A stretch of 64,000 bases of DNA from a virus: the IMG/VR virus record IMGVR_UViG_3300031521_000012, positions 1-64,000 of that record, one strand, 5' to 3'. The position numbers and the translations under genes were made by a program. Shown piece by piece: positions 17,759 through 26,940 of the stretch. Below the pieces are notes generated by a model that saw only the letters and a program-made list of their open reading frames with translations, ran no database searches and was not told the origin of the DNA. The first letter of the stretch is position 1. Each line of letters begins with the position of its first letter.

Positions 17759-17764
17759 TTTGCT

Positions 17765-18121
17765 ATGGAACTAAACCAGAATGTACTCGATGAATACGTT
17801 TCTTATTTAAAAAAGAAATATACCAACAAAATATTGGAACTTAGATTAGACCATTGTACGGATGAATATGGAGAATATATTTATCTTAAATGTATTATCA
17901 TTAAACTATCTCAACAATCTAAGGGATATGGCTCAGCCATAATGTATGACTTAGTTAAGCTTGCTGATGACTGCAATGTACGCATAGTATTAGTAGTAAC
18001 TAATATGTTCGGCTCAGACTTGACACGCTTATATGGCTTCTATCGCAAGCATGGGTTTATTGGTAAAGATAATAGCGATGTTATGTTTTACATTCCAGTA
18101 ACGGTAATAGCATATAAATAA
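17765..18121 (+). CDS. GNAT-family acetyltransferase
   Basis: QQSKGYGS acetyl-CoA motif and RLYGFYRKHGF. Confidence 0.75.
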   Translation: MELNQNVLDEYVSYLKKKYTNKILELRLDHCTDEYGEYIYLKCIIIKLSQQSKGYGSAIMYDLVKLADDCNVRIVLVVTNMFGSDLTRLYGFYRKHGFIGKDNSDVMFYIPVTVIAYK

Positions 18122-18137
18122 AATAAATCACTATTTT

Positions 18138-18167
18138 TGTAACCTTTTGCCTTCTCAAACGTATTAT
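18138..18167 (+). promoter_or_regulatory. ECF-type phage promoter
   Basis: TGTAAC-N16-CGTATTAT; precedes structured non-coding region. Confidence 0.85.
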
Positions 18168-18174
18168 AGATATA

Positions 18175-18535
18175 ACACATCAGCTGCTAATTACAGTATG
18201 TGGGAGTACTTGAAGATATGCATCTCCGTACCGTAAAGCGGTTAGAGGGATGCGACTTCAGGGAAGACAACGGATGTAGCTTCAGGGAAGCAAAAATATT
18301 GAAGAAACAAAATCCAACTGTAAGTTGAAAAACGTAATGATGATTCCGACCTACCTTACTAGCTAAGAGTAAACCTGCATGAATCTTATAGTTTCAATGG
18401 TTAACAGCAATGGTTATTCAGGGGCATACCTCATGCCGTAAGAGGACTGAATAGGTGAACAGAGTGCTACGTTTGAGTAGTTGTTTATTCAGCTAATAAC
18501 TTATACGCAGCGAAAGAAGTAGCACACTGTTTATT
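18175..18535 (+). ncRNA. Candidate ~360-nt structured ncRNA
   Basis: No ORF, raised GC, multiple helices (TTACAGT/ACTGTAA, TATTCAG/CTGAATA, GTGCTAC/GTAGCAC), own promoter. Confidence 0.6.
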
Positions 18536-18560
18536 ATAAACAATTTTTAATTAAAAAGTT

Positions 18561-18842
18561 ATGGACAAGCCAATTATAATTAACCATCAACAAATTTCTT
18601 ATTGTGAAGCAACAGGACTAATCTATGTTGGGGAAGTCCCATTCACAAAAGAAATGCTTGAAAAATTTCAAAACTTGATTGAATATTCTTGTGAAGGTAA
18701 AAATCAGTTCATGTTTAGAATTCAAGTATTGGATGTTATTAATTATGGATGTGCTTCTATTGATGTAGAAATGCTTGATGCAATTCAACAATACGTTAAA
18801 GAAAATAATTTAACTGTAGCGTCAGATAAAGATTTTAAATAA
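18561..18842 (+). CDS. Hypothetical protein
   Basis: Co-oriented ORF followed by terminator. Confidence 0.75.
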   Translation: MDKPIIINHQQISYCEATGLIYVGEVPFTKEMLEKFQNLIEYSCEGKNQFMFRIQVLDVINYGCASIDVEMLDAIQQYVKENNLTVASDKDFK

Positions 18843-18874
18843 GATTATATTGCCTGCTTTGTGTTTCTTTCCAA

Positions 18875-18914
18875 TATCCCGTTGCTTGTGGTTAGGCAAC
18901 GGGATTCCTTTTTT
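18875..18914 (+). terminator. Intrinsic terminator
   Basis: ATCCCGTTGCTT-gtggtt-AGGCAACGGGAT then T-run. Confidence 0.75.
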
Positions 18915-18989
18915 AATTAAAAACTGATATATCGATCATTATATTGCTATTTGTATTGATATATCAGTTGTTATTTAATTTACAATCTC

Positions 18990-19020
18990 TGTAACATTTA
19001 CCCCTACTTAAACGTATAAT
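18990..19020 (+). promoter_or_regulatory. ECF-type phage promoter
   Basis: TGTAAC-N17-CGTATAAT; drives non-coding unit C. Confidence 0.85.
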
Positions 19021-19024
19021 ACAT

Positions 19025-19101
19025 ATACAGCAGAGTTACACTAGGGGTATCAGTAATCCATACCTGCCCGATAGTCAAAGTTTATATTCAGTCTAAATAA
19101 G
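19025..19101 (+). ncRNA. Conserved non-coding unit C
   Basis: ATACAGCAGAGTTACACTAGGGGTATCAGTAATCCATACCTGC...GTTTATATTCAGTCTAAATAAG. Confidence 0.6.
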
Positions 19102-19193
19102 ATAATACATAATTACAACTAAAGACGTTTTTAATTAAAAATACTTTAACTTTCGATTATGCAACTATTATTAAATAAAAATCTTTCGAGTTG

Positions 19194-19223
19194 TGTAACA
19201 TTTTGGCTTCTCAAACGTATTAT
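19194..19223 (+). promoter_or_regulatory. ECF-type phage promoter
   Basis: TGTAAC-N16-CGTATTAT. Confidence 0.85.
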
Positions 19224-19265
19224 AGATATAACATAAAGCTATTAACCATACAAAACTATTGACTT

Positions 19266-21584
19266 ATGAAAATCAACATTACTGAATTATCTGATAAAAA
19301 TATTGTCAGTACAACTAATTCAACTAAAATGCGTTTATCTGAAAATGCAGCATCTATGGTATTTCAGCTATTCACAAAAAATGTTTACTCTAACCCTATT
19401 GGAACTGTTGTACGTGAAATTACTTCAAATTGTTTTGACAGTCATATTGAGGCAAATGTTAATTCACCAGTTATAATTAGAAAAAATGTCGATGATCAAA
19501 CAGGTGAACTATCAATATCATTTATTGACTTTGGAGTTGGTATGTCTCCTGACAGGGTAAATAATATCTATGGGGTGTATTTTGAAAGTACTAAACGCTT
19601 GGATAACAACCAGATAGGGGGATTTGGTATTGGGGCGAAAACCGGGCTAGCATACAAACGTTCTACTGGTCAAGGTGATAGCGAATATGACAATAGCTTC
19701 TATGTTGTTACCATCTTTGATAATGTAAAGTATTACTACTGCATGTACGAAGGTGCTGACAGTCCAATCATTTCATTGCTACATGAAGAACCAACAACTG
19801 AACGTAATGGCACAGAAGTTCGCATACCTGTACTTGCAAGGGATGTGGATAAGTTTACTAAAGAAATGGTAAAACAATTGTACTATTTTGAAAACATAAT
19901 CTTTGAGGGATTTGGCGATACCAACAATAGATATGATAACGGTAATCTTTTATCAAATACATATCAAATTGTTAGAGGTAAAAGTTTCTTATATAGAGGA
20001 AATGATTATAATGAAAATATGCACATATGTTTAGGCAGAGTTGCATATCCAATTGATTATGGTGTATTGGGATTGTACGGTAACGATTATAAACTTCCAA
20101 TTGCTTTAAGATTAGAAGTTGGTGATGTTAACGTAACAGTTTCACGTGAAGCAATTGATTATAGCGAAAGCACAATTAAGATGCTGAAAGCTAAACTCGA
20201 AGATGCTAAGAATGAAATTATTGAGCTATTGAATGTACAATATTCAAATACTTGTTCATTAAGGGATTACTTCGATCTTAAAAATGACTTTGGTAAAGTT
20301 GTGTTTGCTAATGGTGTATCATTGTACGTTGGTAACTTAATCAAACATGATAAAATCAAATTAACAAACTTTGCATACGGTGATTTAAAAATTCCATCTG
20401 AAAGTAGAATGTTCGAGTACTTCTTTAAGTCAAAAACTTATGGTAAAACAAATCGTTGGGATAAAAACTTCTCTGGTGGCTATAATGATTTAGTCAAATG
20501 CAATAATGTACTATATGTTGATGGCGACTTTAATCGTAAACTGATTAAACAAGCATATCTTAAAAGTCTACATGGTAGTTATCATATTGTTACCAAAGAA
20601 AACATTTTTAATGATGTTGAACTTGGAAGTAATCTACGTCAACTCTTTGGCATTCAAACTGCTAGCAGCTTGCAAGACCCACAAGTTCAGATGGTATTAC
20701 AAATGCAGGATGAATACTTTGATATTGTTAAAGAATTGGCAACTGATTATGAATCTGTTGATGTTCCACAAAGTTTTGTTGATGGCAGAAAACGCAATCG
20801 TGCTAAAGCAGATGTTGATATGTTAAAGACTGTTATTCCACTTACCTTAGTTTTTGGTAATAATAGGAATAATAAATTCTCTGTAACATTGGGAGATTTG
20901 TTTAAGAGCAATGTACAAGTGTTCTATGGTACACAGGAAGATGAAGAAGTATTTAGACAGTCATGCAAATTGTTTGAGATATTATTCAATAAAGAACAAA
21001 TTGTTAATTCATACAATGGTAGAAATGAACGTGTGAAGTTCTTTAACTATAACAAACATCCAACTGCAAAAGAAAAGACAAGCGGTTCAGATAAGGGCAT
21101 AATGATTATCCAAATTGCAAAGAATAATGTTAAGTACATGAAATATTGCAAAAATGCTTCTCATGTTAATGACTTCAATTTGAAAATGTTATATCGTAAA
21201 GAAGATTATGTTAAAAAATGTTTTCAAAACAGAGAAGTTGCTGAATGGTATTACAATCTACGTGACTTCTATAAAGACAGTAATTTCGGTGTATTAAGTC
21301 CTGTATGGGCTGCTAAGTTGAAAAGGATAGCTGACTATGCAATTGCAATAAACAAGGCTTATGATCAAGATATGTTCCGTGAAAAGTCATTGCTTGCTAA
21401 GTTCTTTGATCTATCTGATACTAAATCATCATTGGATGAATTAATGATGAAAAAAGAAATCAAAGATGTTGAATTTATGATCGAAGCTAACTTAAATGTG
21501 ACTAAATACCTTCGCTTACCAAATGATATTGATAAAGCTGATCCTGAACATATTGCATTGCTAAAGAAGCTATTGATTTTTTAA
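19266..21584 (+). CDS. rIIA: RIIA-like protein (N-terminal GHKL ATPase)
   Basis: VYSNPIGTVVREITSNCFDSH, DFGVGMS, STKR...IGGFGIGAK, SREAIDY; adjacent to rIIB-like gene. Confidence 0.85.
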   Translation: MKINITELSDKNIVSTTNSTKMRLSENAASMVFQLFTKNVYSNPIGTVVREITSNCFDSHIEANVNSPVIIRKNVDDQTGELSISFIDFGVGMSPDRVNNIYGVYFESTKRLDNNQIGGFGIGAKTGLAYKRSTGQGDSEYDNSFYVVTIFDNVKYYYCMYEGADSPIISLLHEEPTTERNGTEVRIPVLARDVDKFTKEMVKQLYYFENIIFEGFGDTNNRYDNGNLLSNTYQIVRGKSFLYRGNDYNENMHICLGRVAYPIDYGVLGLYGNDYKLPIALRLEVGDVNVTVSREAIDYSESTIKMLKAKLEDAKNEIIELLNVQYSNTCSLRDYFDLKNDFGKVVFANGVSLYVGNLIKHDKIKLTNFAYGDLKIPSESRMFEYFFKSKTYGKTNRWDKNFSGGYNDLVKCNNVLYVDGDFNRKLIKQAYLKSLHGSYHIVTKENIFNDVELGSNLRQLFGIQTASSLQDPQVQMVLQMQDEYFDIVKELATDYESVDVPQSFVDGRKRNRAKADVDMLKTVIPLTLVFGNNRNNKFSVTLGDLFKSNVQVFYGTQEDEEVFRQSCKLFEILFNKEQIVNSYNGRNERVKFFNYNKHPTAKEKTSGSDKGIMIIQIAKNNVKYMKYCKNASHVNDFNLKMLYRKEDYVKKCFQNREVAEWYYNLRDFYKDSNFGVLSPVWAAKLKRIADYAIAINKAYDQDMFREKSLLAKFFDLSDTKSSLDELMMKKEIKDVEFMIEANLNVTKYLRLPNDIDKADPEHIALLKKLLIF

Positions 21585-21645
21585 ATAAAAACTGTTGATG
21601 GTAGAGTAAAAATAATACTTTACCATCAACTTAATTCATATTTTT

Positions 21646-21676
21646 TGTAACATTTGCCTATACTTAAACGTATAAT
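21646..21676 (+). promoter_or_regulatory. ECF-type phage promoter
   Basis: TGTAAC-N17-CGTATAAT. Confidence 0.85.
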
Positions 21677-21729
21677 AGATATAGGGAATACAAACCAACA
21701 ATTATTAATCATTTTTAAATATTATTATT

Positions 21730-22959
21730 ATGTCAGCAAACATTCAAGGTGTTAAAATCGGTAATACTGTGAATTTGAGTATTAACGGAAAATTACACAA
21801 AAAGAATTGCAGCTCACCAGAAGAAGCCAAAGAATTATTCAAATTGGTATTAGCAGCCAAAGAAAATCCATCCGATGCTAACATTAAAGCAATCAGACTT
21901 TTCTTAAATGAAAAAACACGTGTTGCTATGATGGCAGGTCTGGAATGTGATAGCGAAACAGGAGAAGTATTTCTCGCAGGTTTCAGCACTCCAATTCCAC
22001 AAACATTGGTAGACGTTATTAAAGAGTATTTTGAAAACAATTATCCTATGGATGCAATTGTGAACTTCTGGAAGCTCTTAATGATCAATCCCGACAAAAG
22101 AGTACGTACATCACTCTTTGACTTCATCACTACACATGACTTCGTATTGACTGACAGAGGCTATATGCTTGTCTATAAGGCAGTATATCTCAAAGAAGTT
22201 GCTAAGGTTGAGCCAGTGAAAAAAGAATCTGATGTTTTCACTGATGCAATTACTACACTCTACAATAAAATCAAAGGTTGGAAATGTGCACCAAAGAACT
22301 ATGTTGTTTATCGTACAGCAGATGGTGAATACAGAGCAACTGAATACAAAACAGTTCAGGAATTGAAATGGACTAAAGCCAATCCAAATGCTGAAATCTT
22401 AGGTAAACTTGGTGAACTTTACACTGCATTGGTGGTTGAAGAAAACCTTGTCGATGAAGTTGAACCAGTTGAACCAGAAGTTGTTTACACTGATATGCGC
22501 ACACGCAAAATGGATATCCGTATTGGCGAAGTAGTTGTCATGGATAGAAAAGATTGTGACAGTGACCCTGCAATTGATTGCTCATACGGTTTACATTGCG
22601 GTGCAACAAAGTACGTTGAAAACTTTAGAGGTCACAATGGCATTGTACTTGCTTGCCTTGTTAACCCTGCCAATGTTGTTGCTGTTCCACGCTACGATCA
22701 TTCAAAAATGAGAGTAAGTGAATACTTTCCTGTTGGTGTTTGTAACATCATAAATGATGGTCGTATCGAAATTATTGAACAGGCATATACTGAAAATGAT
22801 TATGCTGATATCGAATACGAAGAACTCGAAAAACAGATTGTATTAATTCAGGCAGAAGAATTACCAATCGCCACAGCTAAGAAAGCTGAAAAAGAATCAC
22901 GCCCAATGTCCGAATTGTTATTGATGATCAAAGATCGAATGATCAATTTGGAAGATTAA
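21730..22959 (+). CDS. rIIB: RIIB-like protein
   Basis: NFWKLLMINP, LFDFI, YKAV, CSYGLH, VNPANVVAVP.YD.SKMRVSEY. Confidence 0.85.
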   Translation: MSANIQGVKIGNTVNLSINGKLHKKNCSSPEEAKELFKLVLAAKENPSDANIKAIRLFLNEKTRVAMMAGLECDSETGEVFLAGFSTPIPQTLVDVIKEYFENNYPMDAIVNFWKLLMINPDKRVRTSLFDFITTHDFVLTDRGYMLVYKAVYLKEVAKVEPVKKESDVFTDAITTLYNKIKGWKCAPKNYVVYRTADGEYRATEYKTVQELKWTKANPNAEILGKLGELYTALVVEENLVDEVEPVEPEVVYTDMRTRKMDIRIGEVVVMDRKDCDSDPAIDCSYGLHCGATKYVENFRGHNGIVLACLVNPANVVAVPRYDHSKMRVSEYFPVGVCNIINDGRIEIIEQAYTENDYADIEYEELEKQIVLIQAEELPIATAKKAEKESRPMSELLLMIKDRMINLED

Positions 22960-22982
22960 TTGTTGTTATCTCTCTATTGTTA

Positions 22983-23020
22983 AATCCCTTGTATATACCA
23001 ATGTACAAGGGATTTGTTTT
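22983..23020 (+). terminator. Intrinsic terminator
   Basis: AAATCCCTTGTA...TACAAGGGATTT-gtttt. Confidence 0.75.
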
Positions 23021-23072
23021 ATGGTAATGTACGATATATCACAGCATTTAGTGATAAATATATTATGTTTTC

Positions 23073-23103
23073 TGTAACATTTAGTGGTAGTTATACGTAT
23101 AAT
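23073..23103 (+). promoter_or_regulatory. ECF-type phage promoter
   Basis: TGTAAC-N17-CGTATAAT. Confidence 0.85.
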
Positions 23104-23128
23104 ATATATAACCTAATGAATAAGCACA

Positions 23129-23374
23129 ATGACAAAAGTAACGTTACAAGCAGATATTTGGGAAATCAGTCGCTACACATACGAAATTGATGTTGACGAT
23201 AGTAAATCTAAAGAAGAACAAGCAGTCGAAGCTATTGAAAAGTTCAAGGCTTTCAAAAATGAAAATTGTTCATATCCATTACAAAAAGAACCAATTGGCG
23301 GTGTTCTCTGTATCGATAGAGAATCTAACATGTCAGAAGGTAATGTTGAGGGAATCTATTGTAATATTGACTAA
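23129..23374 (+). CDS. Hypothetical protein
   Basis: ORF behind promoter. Confidence 0.75.
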   Translation: MTKVTLQADIWEISRYTYEIDVDDSKSKEEQAVEAIEKFKAFKNENCSYPLQKEPIGGVLCIDRESNMSEGNVEGIYCNID

Positions 23375-23386
23375 CAACTATAACCA

Positions 23387-23674
23387 ATGGCAGCAGAAGT
23401 TAAAACAGCTCAAGACCTGAGAAACATTCATGAACGTCTTAAGAACGATATGATACGATTTGAGGCATACTTAGATCAAAGACTCTTTGTATTGTGTAAA
23501 GCTTATCCTGATGCTCTTATAACTAATACAAAGAGCGTAAAACAAAAAGCTGCAAATCTCAACAGTCTTGATCGAATAGCCATATATGATATCGATAGAA
23601 AAATAAGATTTATTGAAGCAATTGAAGCTTACATCTTATCTCAACAGAAATACGTCCAAGGTAAACTTTTTTAA
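23387..23674 (+). CDS. Hypothetical protein
   Basis: Co-oriented ORF. Confidence 0.75.
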   Translation: MAAEVKTAQDLRNIHERLKNDMIRFEAYLDQRLFVLCKAYPDALITNTKSVKQKAANLNSLDRIAIYDIDRKIRFIEAIEAYILSQQKYVQGKLF

Positions 23675-23684
23675 TTAAAACATT

Positions 23685-24056
23685 ATGAAACTACATATCG
23701 AGATCAGTAAAGAAAAGAGATTGGAAATTAAACAAAACCTTAAAAAGTTCATGCTGATGTCTGGCAAATACGTATGTATTATTTTATCAGCTGAATTTAC
23801 AGAAGAAGAAGTTAAAGGTACTTGGTTTAATAGAAGCACAAAGAAAATCTTTCTTACTGAAATGACTATTTGTGCTTACAATCCAATTGCTAAGTGCAGT
23901 GGTACTTTTTCAGAAGAAAGCTCATTCGAAGATTTTGTATTATACACTAGTTTTTATAATGGACGGCAAAAATGGGATGACTTAAAAGAAATGTTAAAAG
24001 TATTCGGTGTTGAGTTAGTTCCAATCAAAACAATAATTGGTTCATCAGAAGAGTAA
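23685..24056 (+). CDS. Hypothetical protein
   Basis: Co-oriented ORF. Confidence 0.75.
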   Translation: MKLHIEISKEKRLEIKQNLKKFMLMSGKYVCIILSAEFTEEEVKGTWFNRSTKKIFLTEMTICAYNPIAKCSGTFSEESSFEDFVLYTSFYNGRQKWDDLKEMLKVFGVELVPIKTIIGSSEE

Positions 24057-24106
24057 CATATTTTAATTAAAAACTATAATTAATAATTACTAACTCACAA
24101 TTACCA

Positions 24107-24325
24107 ATGTACAGGATATCTACAGTTAAAAGAAAATACTCTTCCACACCTATAGTAAAAGTAAGTACGGATGCTCAAGGTAAAGAACAAGAAGAAATGG
24201 TTATCATCTGCACTGGTAAGAAAGCAGAGGGAGATATATTAGCTCAAAAAATTGTTGAATTGTTGAATAATTCAGATCGTTTTAAAGCTTCATTGGAAAA
24301 TGAAAGAGCTAGTAACTTAAAATAA
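24107..24325 (+). CDS. Hypothetical protein
   Basis: Co-oriented ORF. Confidence 0.7.
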   Translation: MYRISTVKRKYSSTPIVKVSTDAQGKEQEEMVIICTGKKAEGDILAQKIVELLNNSDRFKASLENERASNLK

Positions 24326-24387
24326 TTTGATTTATTATTACATAATTAAAATTATTTATTATATCTTTACCTAAAATTTAATATCAC

Positions 24388-24876
24388 ATGTCAAAACCAA
24401 AATTAGTATATGTTATAGGCGATGCCACACAACCAATTGGTGATGGTAAAAAGGTTATTGCTCACATTTCCAATGACTTAGGAGGATGGGGCAGCGGTTT
24501 TGTTCTGGCACTCTCTAAGCGTTGGAAAGAACCAGAGCAAGCATATCGCTCATTACGTAATCAAATAAGTGCTTATAGTCTTGGTAAGATTCAATTAGTG
24601 CCTGTCACTGATGATATCATTGTGGCTAATATGATTGCGCAGCATGGGACAATTAATCACCGTTCAGATGATGATGTTAAGAATAATGTTTCTCCAATTC
24701 GTTACGGTGCTGTAAGAGCATGCTTAGCTGAAGTAAATGACTATGCATATAAAAACCATTGTACGCTCCACATGCCTCGCATTGGTGCAGGATTAGCAGG
24801 CGGAGATTGGTCAATCATTGAGGGTATTATCAAAGAGGTAATGTCCGTGGATGTTTACATATATGATCTTAAGTAA
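24388..24876 (+). CDS. Macrodomain protein (TARG1/DarG/Poa1-like class)
   Basis: GDAT..IAHISNDLGGWGSGF...VANMIAQ...MPRIGAGLAGGDW. Confidence 0.9.
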   Translation: MSKPKLVYVIGDATQPIGDGKKVIAHISNDLGGWGSGFVLALSKRWKEPEQAYRSLRNQISAYSLGKIQLVPVTDDIIVANMIAQHGTINHRSDDDVKNNVSPIRYGAVRACLAEVNDYAYKNHCTLHMPRIGAGLAGGDWSIIEGIIKEVMSVDVYIYDLK

Positions 24877-24900
24877 CTATTAATTTTAATTAAAAACTGT

Positions 24901-25206
24901 ATGTTAGAAAATAATTCATCTGGAAATAATCCTAGTGTTGTACAGGCTAATGTGAAACTGAAATTATTAAAGTCAAGACTATCACATAAAATTGATAAAG
25001 CAATTGAGCTTGGTATTGGATTTCGAAAATATATTAATCAATCTGGTACTATTAAAAAAGAAGATGGTATTATACAAATCTTTGATGACTGCACTGATGA
25101 ATATTTTGAACGTCTATTAGACGATGAAATATTGAAAGCGCATAAAAAGATATATCATGAAACAACATTCTTAAGACTCTTAAAAGAAAAAAATATTCTA
25201 AAATAA
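24901..25206 (+). CDS. Hypothetical protein
   Basis: Co-oriented ORF. Confidence 0.7.
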   Translation: MLENNSSGNNPSVVQANVKLKLLKSRLSHKIDKAIELGIGFRKYINQSGTIKKEDGIIQIFDDCTDEYFERLLDDEILKAHKKIYHETTFLRLLKEKNILK

Positions 25207-25213
25207 AAACTGT

Positions 25214-25489
25214 ATGAGTAGAAATTTATTATATCAGGATGGTAGAATAACTATTTACCAAGGCATCGATGTTGCCGTTGGAATGTTCATTCAAATGTTC
25301 GACAGTGAACTTACTGAAGAGACTCCTGAAGGTGAGGGATTAGTTCTGGACTACTCAGAAGCATTTGGATGTGAAATTAATCGAACTGGCTTCTCAAGTA
25401 AAACTCATACCTTAGATCAAATACTGGCTGAGTATATAACAGAATGTACAGGTGAATATGTACAGGTGATAAAAATATGTAAGAACTAA
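25214..25489 (+). CDS. Hypothetical protein
   Basis: Co-oriented ORF. Confidence 0.75.
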   Translation: MSRNLLYQDGRITIYQGIDVAVGMFIQMFDSELTEETPEGEGLVLDYSEAFGCEINRTGFSSKTHTLDQILAEYITECTGEYVQVIKICKN

Positions 25490-25615
25490 CTGAGCTTAAT
25501 TACTAAGCTCATATTATTAATTAATAACTAATCTCTAACGCCTATGTATACAGTTTGATAATAAATCATTGTTACCATTTTCTAACTAAAAATTATATTA
25601 TTATAACTACTACCA

Positions 25616-26044
25616 ATGATTGAAGAATTGAATACCCCAACAAAGTTCATTGAAATAGATTTTAATCTTCCAGCTAATAAAAAAGAACTATTCGAAGCTG
25701 AAGATCAAATCACCAAATTAAGAATCGAACTCGATCTGATATACTATGAAAATACTATTAATGATAATACTCACAATTATTATTTCGAAGAGATTGTACG
25801 TGTATTAGATTATGTAGGAAGTCTATCTAAACCAGCATTTGAAATATGCCGAGAAATTGAAGACTTGTACTTCCTAAAGTTCAAACACTCTCCTGCTCTA
25901 GCTAAAAAATTGTGGCAAGAGCATTATGAAAACATTCATAGACCTTACAACCTATTAAAGAATCGTTGCTATAGAATGTTGGATACCCTAGATGATTTCT
26001 ATATAAAGAAATTTGATAAAAATCCTCCTAACTGGAAAATCTAA
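25616..26044 (+). CDS. Hypothetical protein
   Basis: Co-oriented ORF. Confidence 0.75.
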   Translation: MIEELNTPTKFIEIDFNLPANKKELFEAEDQITKLRIELDLIYYENTINDNTHNYYFEEIVRVLDYVGSLSKPAFEICREIEDLYFLKFKHSPALAKKLWQEHYENIHRPYNLLKNRCYRMLDTLDDFYIKKFDKNPPNWKI

Positions 26045-26173
26045 TTACCAATGTACGAACAAAAGTATTATCACATACCCAACATATAGAACAATACTTT
26101 TAATTAAAAATTGTGATCATCACACATCTATTTCTAACTAATAACTTATTATTAATCATTAAATCATTTTTCA

Positions 26174-26503
26174 ATGCTTGAAGCAATTTTCACTTTCATC
26201 GTAAGTGCTGTCGTAATAGCACTCGTCTTAGGATTCGCCATCCTTTATTCTGCTTTCTCTTGGGGACTTGTAGCTTACAAGTTCTGGTACTGGTTTCTAT
26301 TACCAGTATTCCCATCTATGCCACACATCAATTACTGGCAAGCTATGGGATTATTTCTCTTCATCGGTCTATTCAATACTCACGTACCTCAAGTACTGAA
26401 AAAAGAGTATACCGATACTAAAGTTAACGCCATTGCTCAATACATCGCTCCTTGGCTTACACTACTCGCTGGCTATGTCGTGCTACAAGTAATAGGCTAC
26501 TAA
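26174..26503 (+). CDS. Multi-pass membrane protein
   Basis: About three hydrophobic segments. Confidence 0.8.
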   Translation: MLEAIFTFIVSAVVIALVLGFAILYSAFSWGLVAYKFWYWFLLPVFPSMPHINYWQAMGLFLFIGLFNTHVPQVLKKEYTDTKVNAIAQYIAPWLTLLAGYVVLQVIGY

Positions 26504-26520
26504 CAATCACTACTGGTTAA

Positions 26521-26556
26521 CAAAAATGCCTTCGCTAACAAGCGAAGGCATTTTTG
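26521..26556. terminator. Strong, possibly bidirectional terminator ending the rightward block
   Basis: CAAAAATGCCTTCGCT-AACA-AGCGAAGGCATTTTTG perfect 16-bp stem. Confidence 0.85.
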
Positions 26557-26940
26557 TTTGTGGCAATTAGTTACCACACCTAATGTACGGATGATATATT
26601 ATACGACTACCTATTGTACATAATATAATAATTGGTTAGCTAATAATAATTATTATATCACGTAGATGATATGCAGCAAGCTGATGCATGAGCATCATTA
26701 TTTATCACCGATTATAAAATTTTATAAAACAGGCTTTGGCTAAAATATTTTTCGTACAGAAGTTTCACATGTAGGGGCTACTAATGGTAATAATTATAGA
26801 ATGTACAGAGAATGATTATTACTTACTCATGTTATAATATATAGAATGTACACAGGGTAATAAATTATAGAATGTACAGCAATGAGCTATGAATAACCTA
26901 TCAATACTGATTAAATCATATTACCATTAGTGATTATTTC

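Noticed and set aside
18175-18535. tmRNA, RNase P RNA or group I intron identity
   Set aside because: No tRNA-like ends or tag frame, no recognisable RNase P or group I core sequences, and no interrupted gene
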